From the NCBI GenBank assembly GCA_028284955.1, contig JANQQS010000102.1, forward strand, positions 76,275 through 140,274: a stretch of 64,000 nt of DNA, written 5' to 3'. The notes below the pieces were generated by a model. The model saw only the letters and a program-made list of their open reading frames with translations. It was not told the DNA's origin and did no database searches. Shown one piece after another: positions 1 to 9,894 of this stretch. The stretch comes from Myxococcota bacterium (GTDB lineage Bacteria; Myxococcota_A; Polyangia; Polyangiales; Houyiibacteriaceae). Both the position numbers and the translations under genes were made by a program. Position 1 is the stretch's first letter. Every line of letters starts with the position of its first letter.

Positions 1-1
1 C

Positions 2-1912
2 TGGTTTTGTTCGGAGCTCATCCGTGGCTATGGAGCCGAGGTCGATACGGCTCGCGATGGAGCGAACGCGCTCCGCATCGCACGCCGTCGGCGACCTGAC
101 GCGATCGTGACCGGGTTGTTGATGCCGGGAATGGATGGTCTGACGCTGGCTCGAGAGATCGAGCAGGACCCAGCGCTTTTTGGGGTTCCGCTTGCGTTTC
201 TGCCGGAGCACCACGAAGCGTTCGCCCGCATGCGCGAGCTGGGCGAGAGCGGGGGGGCTGAGCTGCGGCGCGAACGCAGCGCGGCAGAAATCGTGCGACG
301 CGTGGCGAATCTGCTGCGGCCGCGACTTCGGCTTGAAGAAGAGCTGCGAGATTTCAAACGGTCGGTTGGAGGGCGAATCGAGTCGACGGGTTTGCTGCCT
401 CTCTTGCACTCTGTGGCGGAGCATCGAGGTTCGGCTCGCGTGAGTTTAAGAGACGGAGAAAGCCTGTTTGAGATCGATATTCAAGAAGGCGACCTCGTTC
501 ACATCACGCGGACCGCTATGGACGGAACATTTGCGCGCGGGCCGCGGGCGCTTACCCAGATGCTGGGAGTGGGCCAAGGACGCTTCCACGTTGAGCCACC
601 AGCTTCGTCGGTTCGACCGAGCGTCGGTTCGGGCCGCCTTCACGATACGCTTCGGGACCCTGTCGATCGCCTGCGTTCCACGATCGATGCAGTAAAGGCA
701 GGCGCCCTTTCGCATGCCGCGGAGGTCGAGTTCGATGCAGACGCACTCGCATCTATCGTTCGGAACGCGCCTCCTCGTGTCCAATCCCAGATTGAACGTC
801 TTCGTGCGGGCGAGGGGCCGCGAGCGATGCTGATGTCGGGCACGGTGGAGCCACACTCCCTCGAATCACTGCTGGTTAACTTGGCTCGCCGAGGTGTTCT
901 GATTGCGGTACGGGACGAGCATGGTTCCGACCGACCCGCAGCGCAGATCGAACACGACAATACGGAGTCACCGCCCGGTTCCGCGCGCGGCGACGAAGCG
1001 TCTCCAGCCGAGGTTACGCGGATAAGCGACGAACTCTGGACCGACAGCGACGACGCATGGGTGTTCGACGAGTCATCGATGGACACTGTCGACACCTCCC
1101 GCGAAGTATCCGCATCGGAGTCGGCGTCCGGTTTGTCTGTGTCCGATAAACTTCAGCCCCATCAACCTGGAACGGACGAGCGAACCGCGTCTCGCAACGC
1201 GGCAGGTGTCCTGGAAAGCGACCCCGTTAACACGCCGCCGAGCATCCCGCCGAACCCTTCGGATCCGCCAGGCGAATCAGGGGTCATGGATGAACCGCAG
1301 CCCGCGGTCGATTTGGAGCCGGGCGACCAAGCTCCCTATTCGCCGGATCTAGAAACCGATACCGACCAGCTGCGCATGCGGAATGTTCGCCGCTCGCCGA
1401 TGCAACGGATACTTTGGGCCGCAGGATGGCTCGTGTTGCTCGCCGCGTTGGCTACGGCGGGTTTTGTGGCGATGAGTATGGCGCGCGAGCACGGGTGGCT
1501 GTCGCCAAAATCGTCGCGCCAGGAATCGCCGGGCGAGGGTACCTCCCGCCCGGCCACTGCGACGGCGGCGGCGGATCCGAAAAAGGCGATGGTCGTCGAA
1601 GAGCAAGCAATTGCGAACACGGCAACCGGGAAACCTACAGCGGAGACGGCGATCGAGTTTGGCGAGACGCTCAATCATATCGAAGACGCCAACGTCGATG
1701 TTCCAGCCGAGCATGGGCTATTGATCGTGAATCAAGCGGCAGACGGCATCAACGCGCGCATTCGAGTGAACGGTTCAGAGGTTGGCGTAGCCCCGCTGCA
1801 AGTCGCGCTGCGCGAGGGGCAACACGAGCTCGCGTTCGTATACGGCGATCAGACGGTGTACCGATACGTATTCATCCGCACGGGACAGACACGAGTGGTT
1901 CCACAACGCTAG
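2..1912 (+). CDS. Response-regulator receiver protein (5' end outside the window) with a DUF4388-like region, one TM helix and a C-terminal PEGA-like domain
   Basis: The frame is open from base 2: 'VDTARDGANALRIARRRRPDAIVTGLLMPGMDGLTLAREI' is a REC core with the phospho-Asp region and MPGMDG turn. 'GRIESTGLLPLLHSVAEHRGSARVSLRDGE..FEIDIQEGDLVHI' resembles DUF4388. The hydrophobic stretch is 'ILWAAGWLVLLAALATAGFVAM'. The C-terminus 'IRVNGSEVGVAPLQVALREGQHELAF' is PEGA-like. Confidence 0.75.
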   Translation, partial: WFCSELIRGYGAEVDTARDGANALRIARRRRPDAIVTGLLMPGMDGLTLAREIEQDPALFGVPLAFLPEHHEAFARMRELGESGGAELRRERSAAEIVRRVANLLRPRLRLEEELRDFKRSVGGRIESTGLLPLLHSVAEHRGSARVSLRDGESLFEIDIQEGDLVHITRTAMDGTFARGPRALTQMLGVGQGRFHVEPPASSVRPSVGSGRLHDTLRDPVDRLRSTIDAVKAGALSHAAEVEFDADALASIVRNAPPRVQSQIERLRAGEGPRAMLMSGTVEPHSLESLLVNLARRGVLIAVRDEHGSDRPAAQIEHDNTESPPGSARGDEASPAEVTRISDELWTDSDDAWVFDESSMDTVDTSREVSASESASGLSVSDKLQPHQPGTDERTASRNAAGVLESDPVNTPPSIPPNPSDPPGESGVMDEPQPAVDLEPGDQAPYSPDLETDTDQLRMRNVRRSPMQRILWAAGWLVLLAALATAGFVAMSMAREHGWLSPKSSRQESPGEGTSRPATATAAADPKKAMVVEEQAIANTATGKPTAETAIEFGETLNHIEDANVDVPAEHGLLIVNQAADGINARIRVNGSEVGVAPLQVALREGQHELAFVYGDQTVYRYVFIRTGQTRVVPQR

Positions 1913-1935
1913 ACCGTCCACGACACGGCGGTTGA

Positions 1936-2742
1936 CTACACGGCCCGGCGAAACACAAGCGCGGCGTAGCCCACCGCTCGAGACGAGGTGTCCGAGAGCA
2001 TCCCCGAGTGCGTGTAGCGTATGAGCGAGGCTTGGGTTCCTCCGAGTGCGCGGGAAGCGATCAGCGTCGCCGCGGCAGAAACGTATCCACACATTGTGTG
2101 GGTTCCCTTTTGTACCATTTCGTACACTGCTCGGTCGTCAAGCGATTTGAGGGCAGTGATGATGGTTTGATCGGCCGCTTGCGTGTCGTCCGCCGATTTG
2201 TCGTGACTGAGATTGGTCGACGCAACGATCAATACATCGCGTCCGTGATGGTTGACGACGTCAGCGAGAGCGTTTCCGATGCGCATGCAGGTCGAGTGGG
2301 GGATATCGCCCAAACAGATCGGCACAATACGAACCCGTGGATTGCGACGAACCAAAAACGGCACCAGCGTTTCCAGAGAATACTCTCGCGCATGGGACTC
2401 TTGGTCGTCAGTGAGTAGCGCGAGGCCGCGAAGCTCCTCGGCGATAGTGCGGTCGATGGAGACACGCGCGCCCGGCACCTTCCACGTGCCGTAGGTCATG
2501 ATCGATGCTCGGTGGCCTCGTCTCATATGGTTCGGGCCCAGCAGAATCACCACCGAGGGAATGCGCGTCGTCCGGAACGCTTCCGCAGCGACGTCGCCGC
2601 AGTAGCCCAGCCCGCCATGGGGCGCGATCACGGCTGTCGTAGGGACGTTTTGTGTCGTACCCAAGAGCGTATCGATTTGCTCCTTGAGCGCTTTGGGATC
2701 GGCGGGATAGAACGTGCCGGCCACGATGGGTTCGCGATCCAT
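1936..2742 (-). CDS. MEMO1-family protein (AmmeMemoRadiSam system protein B-like)
   Basis: The N-terminus 'MDREPIVAGTFYPADPKALKEQID', then 'VIAPHGGLGYCGDVAAEAF', 'LLGPNH' and 'NLSHD' match the Memo family pattern. Coding-type GC3 throughout. Confidence 0.8.
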   Translation of the reverse strand: MDREPIVAGTFYPADPKALKEQIDTLLGTTQNVPTTAVIAPHGGLGYCGDVAAEAFRTTRIPSVVILLGPNHMRRGHRASIMTYGTWKVPGARVSIDRTIAEELRGLALLTDDQESHAREYSLETLVPFLVRRNPRVRIVPICLGDIPHSTCMRIGNALADVVNHHGRDVLIVASTNLSHDKSADDTQAADQTIITALKSLDDRAVYEMVQKGTHTMCGYVSAAATLIASRALGGTQASLIRYTHSGMLSDTSSRAVGYAALVFRRAV

Positions 2743-2776
2743 GAGTTGTCATCCCTATCGGGTAACGCGAGCTCGT

Positions 2777-3535
2777 TCAAGATTCGGGTGAAGTTTGGCG
2801 ACGAGGCAAATCTTGCCACGCCACTCCGGCAGTTCGCGTCATGAACTCGGACATTCGTTGAACGCGAAGTGCGCCCAGGTCGCGAGCCACGGCGTAGATT
2901 TGTCCCCAATGCGCCGATTTTGATCGGCCGGCGCGACGCGGGCGGCAGCGGATGACCACCGTCGCAGAAGAAATTTTCGCCTGATGGATTCGGATTGGAA
3001 ATTCAAAGTTGAGAAAGAAGGTGTTTGATCGGAGTTGCGATGGATCGAGCAATGATCGTCGAAAAAGATACGGTCCGTCGCTTTCCATGCGAACGCCGTG
3101 GGCGAGGCGGATCAGCGAACGGACTCCGGCCGACAAAAACGTTCGACGGATCCCATCGTTGCGATCTTCGTATACGCTGAACACCACCTCCACGCCGTGC
3201 GCGGCGCGCCGTAGCGTTCCGATGGCTTCGGGTTCGATTTGACCGTCGGCGGGTAGGAAGGTCATCCAGGTGCCGCGCGCGGATCGTACCGCCGTTTTGA
3301 TCGCGGCACCGATTCCTAGGTTCGTGTCGTGTCGTTCGATTGTCGCGAGGCGCCCGGCGAGGACGCGTTCCGCCTGGGTTACCGTGTCGTCGGTTGACCC
3401 GTCGTCTACAAAAACGATTTCGGCGCCAGGTTCGTGCGCGTCGAGCCAGGCCCCAAGTTCCTGGAGCACGGGAGCGATGTTTTCACTTTCGTTGTAGGCG
3501 AATACCGCGACGGTAAGGGATGGGTTGGTGTACAT
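2777..3535 (-). CDS. Family-2 glycosyltransferase, polyprenol-phosphate sugar synthase (DPM1/Ppm1)-like
   Basis: 'VAVFAYNESENIAPVLQEL...EIVFVDDGSTDDT' is the GT-A N-terminal signature with a DxD-type motif. About 250 aa and soluble-sized, as in polyprenyl-P-mannose/glucose synthases. Confidence 0.75.
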   Translation of the reverse strand: MYTNPSLTVAVFAYNESENIAPVLQELGAWLDAHEPGAEIVFVDDGSTDDTVTQAERVLAGRLATIERHDTNLGIGAAIKTAVRSARGTWMTFLPADGQIEPEAIGTLRRAAHGVEVVFSVYEDRNDGIRRTFLSAGVRSLIRLAHGVRMESDGPYLFRRSLLDPSQLRSNTFFLNFEFPIRIHQAKISSATVVIRCRPRRAGRSKSAHWGQIYAVARDLGALRVQRMSEFMTRTAGVAWQDLPRRQTSPES

Positions 3536-3548
3536 GTCAGGGTCGTGT

Positions 3549-5660
3549 CTAAAAAAACTGACGAAGCGTCGCTGCCTCGTGCGTCAGATCGGGAGCCGTT
3601 TCCTCAAACATGTCGACAAGCGCTTGGGCTCTCCCGAGTCGCCCCGCTCGCGCTTCGATCCAGGCGAGCTGGAGCATACCTCGCGTATCTCCGCGGACCA
3701 CCTGCGCTTGGAGGAGGGAGCGTGCGCGCTCCGTTGCGCCGAACGCATCCAAAAAAGCCGCGGCTTCGCGGACAACATCTTCTTGAGTGGGCAGCAAAGC
3801 TTCAGGGTCTTGAATGACCGGGGCGGGTGGGTGTGCCAGACGTGTGGGAACATCCCGAAGTAGGCTCCGCTCGTTTCGCGGAAGATCTGCCATGACTGTC
3901 CGAAGAATGTCCGCGGCGCGCGATGGTTGAGCGCGCGAAGCGAAATGGCGCGCGCGCAACAACGCGAAACCGCGAATGACTGCTGCGGCCATATCGTCTG
4001 GGCTCTGAGCGGTCTCCGCAAGCATGCGAGCCACTACTTGATCGTGAGACCGGGCGGCGCTCGCTGACACGTTCGAATACACGAGGTATGGGCCGAGGTG
4101 AGACGGCGGAGACTCGAAGAGGCGGCTCGCCGAAGGCTCTAGGGCTTCGCTGACGATTGGAACGCGAGCCGCCGCAGCCTCAAACGCGCCAGCCACGTAG
4201 CTCTGCCGTATAGTTTCGCTTTTGCCGCGGACGGGTTGCCCTGTGTACGCCGGGTGATGCGCGAGCGACTTCCAGTGCCACGATGAGGTCGCGAGCCCCG
4301 GAATAAACACCGCAACATCCGGTCGAGCTAGTTCAATCGCGCGCGCTTGCATCCAAAACGCCCCGAAGAAATCGGTGCGCACCACGGCTAGTCCTCTGGG
4401 GGGAACGGCATCGGCGATCAACGTGCCGAGCGTTTCGAGCGCGGCATCGTTTCTTCGGGCCGATTCATGGGCGTGGCCCAAACGGTCGACGTTGAATGCG
4501 ATCGCGGCGAGCAGCAGCGCCGCTGCGATGGCTCCGCGGGTTTGGGTGATGATCGACGCGATCATGACCCAACCGGATGCCCCGGTCGCGAACACGAGCG
4601 CGGAAAACGCGCCTAGGTATGCGACGTTGTCAGGGTTGTGGGCGAAGATCGGTTGCAGACAACCTGCCGCAAACGCCGCCCCCAGAACCAACGAGAGAAA
4701 ACCGAGCATGCGCATGCGCATGCGATCCTTTTTGAACCTGATGAATGCAGCTCCACAAAATAAGACAGCACCTGCCACGGCGGGCGCATCGATGGTTTGG
4801 ATGCAATACGTGAGCACGTCCCAGAGCTGAGTGAAGATGGAAGCTTTGGCGCCGAGATTGTGTTGGTACGCATGCCCCCGCACGTAATCCCAAAACCCGC
4901 TCCACCGTGTTGGCTCACCCCACATCGTCGCGCCGGCGTAGGCTCGGACCGGCAGGTATGCGTAGGTCGCTGTGCCCAAAGCGACGAGCGCCACGCAGAA
5001 GCCTACGAACGGTAGCGAGATTCGCGATGGTCTTCCCAGCCAGCCCGCAATGAGCGCGACGCCTGCGATTGCCGCGTGAGGAGGGTGGACCGCCGCGCAC
5101 AAGCCGGTGCAGATTGCAGACACTCCCAATCCTGCGAATGTTTTTGCGCGAACCGCGTGCAGGCTCGATACCATCGAAGCGAGCGTGAGCGTGAACGCGA
5201 AGCTGTACACCTCGATGCGCGTGGAACTTCCGACCAGCGCAGGAGTGGTTATCGCACCAACGACAGCGGCAGCCGCCGCGGCGTAGCGAATCGTGATCGG
5301 TGTTTCTCTTGCGAACGCTTCGCAGAGCATCCACGTCAGCTGTGCGATCAATGCAATCCCCACCACGGAGCAGAGCACGCTGAGCAGCGCGATGCGGTAG
5401 GGAATGTTTCCGACCGGAAGAAGACAGAGCGCGTGCGCAACGATCGCGTGCAGTGGTTGCCCAGGCGCGTGCGACCCGCCCAGTCCCCACGCAGCGGCGG
5501 CGAGTTCGCCGCTATCCAGTACGTCGGGAGAAGGCGTGGAAGACCAGGCTCCGTATCCGAACGCCACGATCAGAACAAACCAGACGAGGCGATTCCGACT
5601 CAGACACCAATCACCCGGGGGTATGTTCGATCGGTCGTCGGTTCTGGCGCACGTCGTCAC
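3549..5660 (-). CDS. Polytopic GT-C-type membrane protein of the DUF2723 (TMEM260-like O-mannosyltransferase) family with a C-terminal TPR-like domain
   Basis: The first loop 'DSGELAAAAWGLGGSHAPGQPLH' fits the family's acidic motif plus HPPG-like motif. More than 10 hydrophobic helices are followed by a soluble helical C-terminus. The GTG start overlaps the miaA stop (GTGA at 5657-5660). Confidence 0.7.
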   Translation of the reverse strand: MTTCARTDDRSNIPPGDWCLSRNRLVWFVLIVAFGYGAWSSTPSPDVLDSGELAAAAWGLGGSHAPGQPLHAIVAHALCLLPVGNIPYRIALLSVLCSVVGIALIAQLTWMLCEAFARETPITIRYAAAAAAVVGAITTPALVGSSTRIEVYSFAFTLTLASMVSSLHAVRAKTFAGLGVSAICTGLCAAVHPPHAAIAGVALIAGWLGRPSRISLPFVGFCVALVALGTATYAYLPVRAYAGATMWGEPTRWSGFWDYVRGHAYQHNLGAKASIFTQLWDVLTYCIQTIDAPAVAGAVLFCGAAFIRFKKDRMRMRMLGFLSLVLGAAFAAGCLQPIFAHNPDNVAYLGAFSALVFATGASGWVMIASIITQTRGAIAAALLLAAIAFNVDRLGHAHESARRNDAALETLGTLIADAVPPRGLAVVRTDFFGAFWMQARAIELARPDVAVFIPGLATSSWHWKSLAHHPAYTGQPVRGKSETIRQSYVAGAFEAAAARVPIVSEALEPSASRLFESPPSHLGPYLVYSNVSASAARSHDQVVARMLAETAQSPDDMAAAVIRGFALLRARHFASRAQPSRAADILRTVMADLPRNERSLLRDVPTRLAHPPAPVIQDPEALLPTQEDVVREAAAFLDAFGATERARSLLQAQVVRGDTRGMLQLAWIEARAGRLGRAQALVDMFEETAPDLTHEAATLRQFF

Positions 5661-6577
5661 GCTTGCACATGATACCGGATGCGTTGCGCAAGCGGGTCAT
5701 ATTCGAGCGCGTTTGCATCGGCCCGGATATGCACATCAGGTTCGCCTCGAAACCAGTTTCGTTGCCGGCGCGCATAAAGGCGCGTGGACTTTCGAATGAG
5801 GCGAAGCGTTTCTTCTTTGGATACACCATGCTTCAGGTGGGCGACGATTTCTCGGTATCCCACGCTGTTTAGCGCGCGAGCGGTATCGCCGTATCGCGCA
5901 TGCAGCGCTCGAGTTTCTTCGAACCAGCCGCTTGCGATCATTTTCTGGATTCGATGTTCGATGCGTTCGGTGAGTTTTTCCATCGACGATTCAAGCACGA
6001 TAAACAGAGTCCGGTAGCGCAGAGCGCCCAGCTTGTGTTGGGTGTGCAATGCGCCGAGAGGCGTTCCCGTCTGTGCGAATACTTCAAGCGCGCGTACCAC
6101 GCGTACGATGTCGTTCTTATGAATACGGTTGGCTGATATCGGATCGACGGCAGCGAGTCGACGGTGCAGCGTTTCGACACCCTGGGTGCGCGCTTCGCAT
6201 TCGAGCTCTGCTCGCAGAGCGGTGTCGACGGCGGGGAGATCGAGAAGTCCGCGCGTAAGCGCACGCAGCCAGAGGCCTGTGCCGCCGACGACGAGAGGCG
6301 TTTTTTTTCTTCGTTGTACGTTCTCGATTGCTGCGTCGGCGAGCTCCGCGTAATGCATCGCGTCGACGCGTTCGTCAGGTTCATGAGTATCGATGAGGTG
6401 ATGGTTGATGGTGCCGAGTTCCGCGTTTGTTGGCTTTGCTGAGCCGATATCGAAACCACGGTAGATCTGCACGCTGTCTGCGCCGACGAGCTCTCCGTTC
6501 ACTCGGCGCGCCAGTTCGAGCGCGAGATGGGTCTTGCCCGATGCCGTCGGGCCAGCGATCACAACGAGCGGACGCAC
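5657..6577 (-). CDS. miaA: tRNA dimethylallyltransferase
   Basis: 'VVIAGPTASGKTHLALELARRVNGELVGADSVQIYRGFDIGSAKPT' is the P-loop plus MiaA signature. Lies directly downstream of mutL, as in many bacteria. Confidence 0.95.
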   Translation of the reverse strand: MRPLVVIAGPTASGKTHLALELARRVNGELVGADSVQIYRGFDIGSAKPTNAELGTINHHLIDTHEPDERVDAMHYAELADAAIENVQRRKKTPLVVGGTGLWLRALTRGLLDLPAVDTALRAELECEARTQGVETLHRRLAAVDPISANRIHKNDIVRVVRALEVFAQTGTPLGALHTQHKLGALRYRTLFIVLESSMEKLTERIEHRIQKMIASGWFEETRALHARYGDTARALNSVGYREIVAHLKHGVSKEETLRLIRKSTRLYARRQRNWFRGEPDVHIRADANALEYDPLAQRIRYHVQA

Positions 6578-6580
6578 AGG

Positions 6581-8416
6581 TCAGCGTCCCAATCGTCGTT
6601 CGATATCTGCGAACGATACATGATGCGCGATCGGTCGGCCGTGTGGGCAATGCGTGGCGAACGAATCGATGTCGTCTAGGTCTCCGAGCAAGGCTTCACA
6701 CTCGGGGATCGAAAGTTCATCCCCGGCACGAATCGCGGCGTGGCAGGCCATGGTCGCGAGCGCCATATCCACGGCATCTCCGAAGCTGCGATCCGCCTCG
6801 CGCAGCAGCTCTCCGATCAGGTCTCGAAGCAAACGTTCGCCGGAGGCCCGGCTGAGAAGTACGGGCACGGAGTGGACTGCGACGGTGGTTTCTCCGATGC
6901 GCGTGGTTTCGAGGCCCGCGCGGGAGAATACCGCCTCGTGTTCTTCGACGAGCGCCGCTTCGTCGCGCTCGAGCTCTACCCGTTCGGCGAAAAGCAGTCG
7001 TTGTTTGGCGATGTCGTTGGCGGCATGGTTTTGGCGCATGCGATGGTAGAGCCGTCGTTCGTCCGCCGCGTGCTGGTCAATGAAATACACGCCGTCGTCG
7101 CCTTCGCAGACGATGAGCATGCGACGGACTTGGGCGAGTACGCGCAAAGACTTGAAAAAACCCGTTTCGGCGATGAGTCGTCCGGGCTGCGTCGCGTCGC
7201 TCGATGCGAGCGAAGGGGCCGCCGTCGCTGCATACGGCGTGGCCGGTCGCTCGGCGACTCCCGTTTCGTTAGACTTGGCCAACGCTTGGGCGATTCCCCA
7301 GGCGTCGTACGAGCGGCCGACCGCGTCGGGTGATGCAGCATCGGTTGTGATGCGCTGGTCCTTGGCGATACGCCGGTCCCAAAAGTCTGGCGAACGAGTG
7401 GTGCTTCGGCCCCAGGGTTGCAGCCCGAGTTTGCCCGCCAGGTTGCGGGTTAGCGCGTCGAGCACGGCTCGTTCATTGGTGAACCGCACTTCCGATTTTT
7501 GAGGGTGCACGTTGACGTCTACTTCGCCAGGGTCGATGTCCAGGTGCACGACTCCGACCGGATAGCGTCCCGGCGGGATGACGCTGCCGTAGGCAAAAGC
7601 TACTGCGCGAGCGAGTTTGTGGTCGGTCACCGGTCGGCCATTGACGAAGAACAGCAGGCTCCGTGTGCCGCTTCGTGCGCGTTCCGGCGCCCCGAGCGCG
7701 GCGCGTAGTTTGAGCGGCGAAGATAGAGACGCGATCGGAGATTCGAATTCCAAGTTGGAAAGATGTTCGTCTCGAAACACGCGCTGCGCGCGAACCAACG
7801 CGTCCGGCGCCGGAAGGTACTCTCGGACTCGCTTCCCGTTGCTATCCAGCGTCAATCGAATGTGTGGATGGGCCAGCGCAACCCGTAGGCAGATATTGCC
7901 AATGTGGCCGTTTTCCGTTTGCGCGCTTTTGAGAAACTTGAGCCTCGCGGGAACGTTATAGAACAGCTCGCGAACCTCTACGGTGGTCCCCGGGGCGCAT
8001 CCAGTTTCCGTCTCGTCGGTGCGTTCTCCGCCCTCGATACGGATTTTCGTGCCGGCCACGGCGTGTGGCGGACGCGTGGTCAGTTCAAAGCGAGATACTG
8101 CCGCAATCGATGGAAGCGCCTCTCCTCGAAACCCGAGCGTGCGCAGCGACGCGAGGTCATCAAACGCACGAATTTTGCTTGTGGCATGTCTTTGCATGGC
8201 CAATCGTGCGTCTTCAGGTTCCATTCCCGAGCCGTCGTCGGTCACCCGAATCATCTCCCGCCCTCCTTCTTGCACCTGGATGGAGAGACTGGTCGCACCT
8301 GCATCGATGGCGTTTTCGATGAGCTCCTTGACGACGCTTGCAGGGCGTTCGACGACTTCCCCAGCGGCGATTTGGTCGACGAGGGCATTGTCCAGTACGC
8401 GTACGCGAGTCGGCAT
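6581..8416 (-). CDS. mutL: DNA mismatch repair protein MutL
   Basis: 'LDNALVDQIAAGEVVERPASVVKELIENAIDAGA', 'DDGSGM' and 'LGFRGEALPSI' are GHKL ATPase motifs. The C-terminal dimerisation/endonuclease region is present. Confidence 0.95.
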   Translation of the reverse strand: MPTRVRVLDNALVDQIAAGEVVERPASVVKELIENAIDAGATSLSIQVQEGGREMIRVTDDGSGMEPEDARLAMQRHATSKIRAFDDLASLRTLGFRGEALPSIAAVSRFELTTRPPHAVAGTKIRIEGGERTDETETGCAPGTTVEVRELFYNVPARLKFLKSAQTENGHIGNICLRVALAHPHIRLTLDSNGKRVREYLPAPDALVRAQRVFRDEHLSNLEFESPIASLSSPLKLRAALGAPERARSGTRSLLFFVNGRPVTDHKLARAVAFAYGSVIPPGRYPVGVVHLDIDPGEVDVNVHPQKSEVRFTNERAVLDALTRNLAGKLGLQPWGRSTTRSPDFWDRRIAKDQRITTDAASPDAVGRSYDAWGIAQALAKSNETGVAERPATPYAATAAPSLASSDATQPGRLIAETGFFKSLRVLAQVRRMLIVCEGDDGVYFIDQHAADERRLYHRMRQNHAANDIAKQRLLFAERVELERDEAALVEEHEAVFSRAGLETTRIGETTVAVHSVPVLLSRASGERLLRDLIGELLREADRSFGDAVDMALATMACHAAIRAGDELSIPECEALLGDLDDIDSFATHCPHGRPIAHHVSFADIERRLGR

Positions 8417-8477
8417 AAGTTGGCCGTATCAGAGCGGGTTCGGCGCGGCAAATGGCCGCGGGGCACAGGCCGACCGG

Positions 8478-9692
8478 CTACGGGTCGGATGGATGCTCGG
8501 CGGAGGGATCACGAGACGCGATGCCCATCGCGGCGCCCATCAACGTGGCGCGGACGATTTTGTCGTCGCCAAATCGGGAACGCAGCGTCGCCACAACGCC
8601 CTCGAGCTGTTGCCGCCGGTCGCCTTCTGCATCGGGGAGGAGCGTCTTCGGGGGAGGTCCCTTGTGAAGTCCGGAAAGCGCAACTCCGGTGAGTCGAATG
8701 CCCCGCTTGAGGTTCGGAAACTCTCTCAGCAGGCGCTTCGCCGCACTCGCGATGGTCGGGGTGTCCTGGACGGGGTGAGGAAGCTGGGTTTGGCGGGTAC
8801 GAATCTGAAAGTCGGTGTACTTGAGCTTGAGGGTGACGACGCTGCCGCACGCGTCTGCACGAACCGCGCGTTGTGCGACCCGCTCGCTCTGCGCGAGAAT
8901 CATCGGTTCGAGTTCCTCGATGCTCGTTCGGTCATGGGCAAATGTCTGTTCAGCGCTTATCGATTTTCGCCCTCGATCGGTGCGTACCGATCGAGGGTCT
9001 TCGCCTCGCGCCAACGCGGATGCCTTGAGCCCCCAGCGGCCGAGCAGGGCGCGAAGCTGCTGGGGATCCGCGCGCGCAAGGTCGCGGAAGGTGTGAATCC
9101 CCGCGCGTTTCAGTTTTGCGCCAGCTTTCTTCCCGACTCCCCACATGAGTTCGATGGGCAGTGGCGCGAGAAAATCCGCAACCGGGTCGCGCACCTCAAG
9201 CAGCCCATCCGGTTTTCCTAAGTTGCTCGCGATTTTCGCGACGAACTTACTCGGCGCGATCCCTGCCGTAGCGGGAAGCCGAAGCTCGCGTCGAATGTCC
9301 TCTTTGATACGCCGCGCGATATCGCGGCCGTCTCCAAACAGCGCTCGGCTGGCGGTAACGTCCAAAAACGCCTCGTCGATCGACAGGGCCTCAACCTCCG
9401 GCGTGTAGCGCCGGAAAATCGCGAACACGTCGCGGCTAACGTCTGCGTAGCGACTCATCCGTGGCGGGACGACTGCCGCATCGGGGCAGCGTCGCAGTGC
9501 TTCCACCATCGACATCGCGGAGCGCACCCCCCGGGGTCGAGCTTCGTAGGAAGCCGCGGCCACCACCCCCCGTCGTCCGGCGCCGCCGACCAAGACGGGG
9601 CGTCCACGCAGTTCGGGGCGGTCGCGTTGTTCCACCGAAGCGTAGAACGCATCCATGTCTACATGTACGACTTGTCCCACGCGGGACAGCAT
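8478..9692 (-). CDS. dinB: DNA polymerase IV (Y-family)
   Basis: 'VHVDMDAFYASVEQRDRPELRGRPVLVGG' and 'EALSIDEAFLDVT' are Y-family catalytic motifs. Confidence 0.93.
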   Translation of the reverse strand: MLSRVGQVVHVDMDAFYASVEQRDRPELRGRPVLVGGAGRRGVVAAASYEARPRGVRSAMSMVEALRRCPDAAVVPPRMSRYADVSRDVFAIFRRYTPEVEALSIDEAFLDVTASRALFGDGRDIARRIKEDIRRELRLPATAGIAPSKFVAKIASNLGKPDGLLEVRDPVADFLAPLPIELMWGVGKKAGAKLKRAGIHTFRDLARADPQQLRALLGRWGLKASALARGEDPRSVRTDRGRKSISAEQTFAHDRTSIEELEPMILAQSERVAQRAVRADACGSVVTLKLKYTDFQIRTRQTQLPHPVQDTPTIASAAKRLLREFPNLKRGIRLTGVALSGLHKGPPPKTLLPDAEGDRRQQLEGVVATLRSRFGDDKIVRATLMGAAMGIASRDPSAEHPSDP

Positions 9693-9894
9693 ACCACCCG
9701 GCGCGTTACGACGAGCCGCCGATTCCTTCCGTCCCTATCTTGTCTTGGTGCGTAGACTTCTCGAAGCCGGTCCTTGCGTTTTGTAAGATTTTGAAATCAA
9801 ATGCGAAAGTTGATGGTCCGGGCTCGTTCCGGTCGTTGACCGCTATACACGACGGTGATACCGTGAGACGATTTCCAGCGGCGCACTGCGTCAG

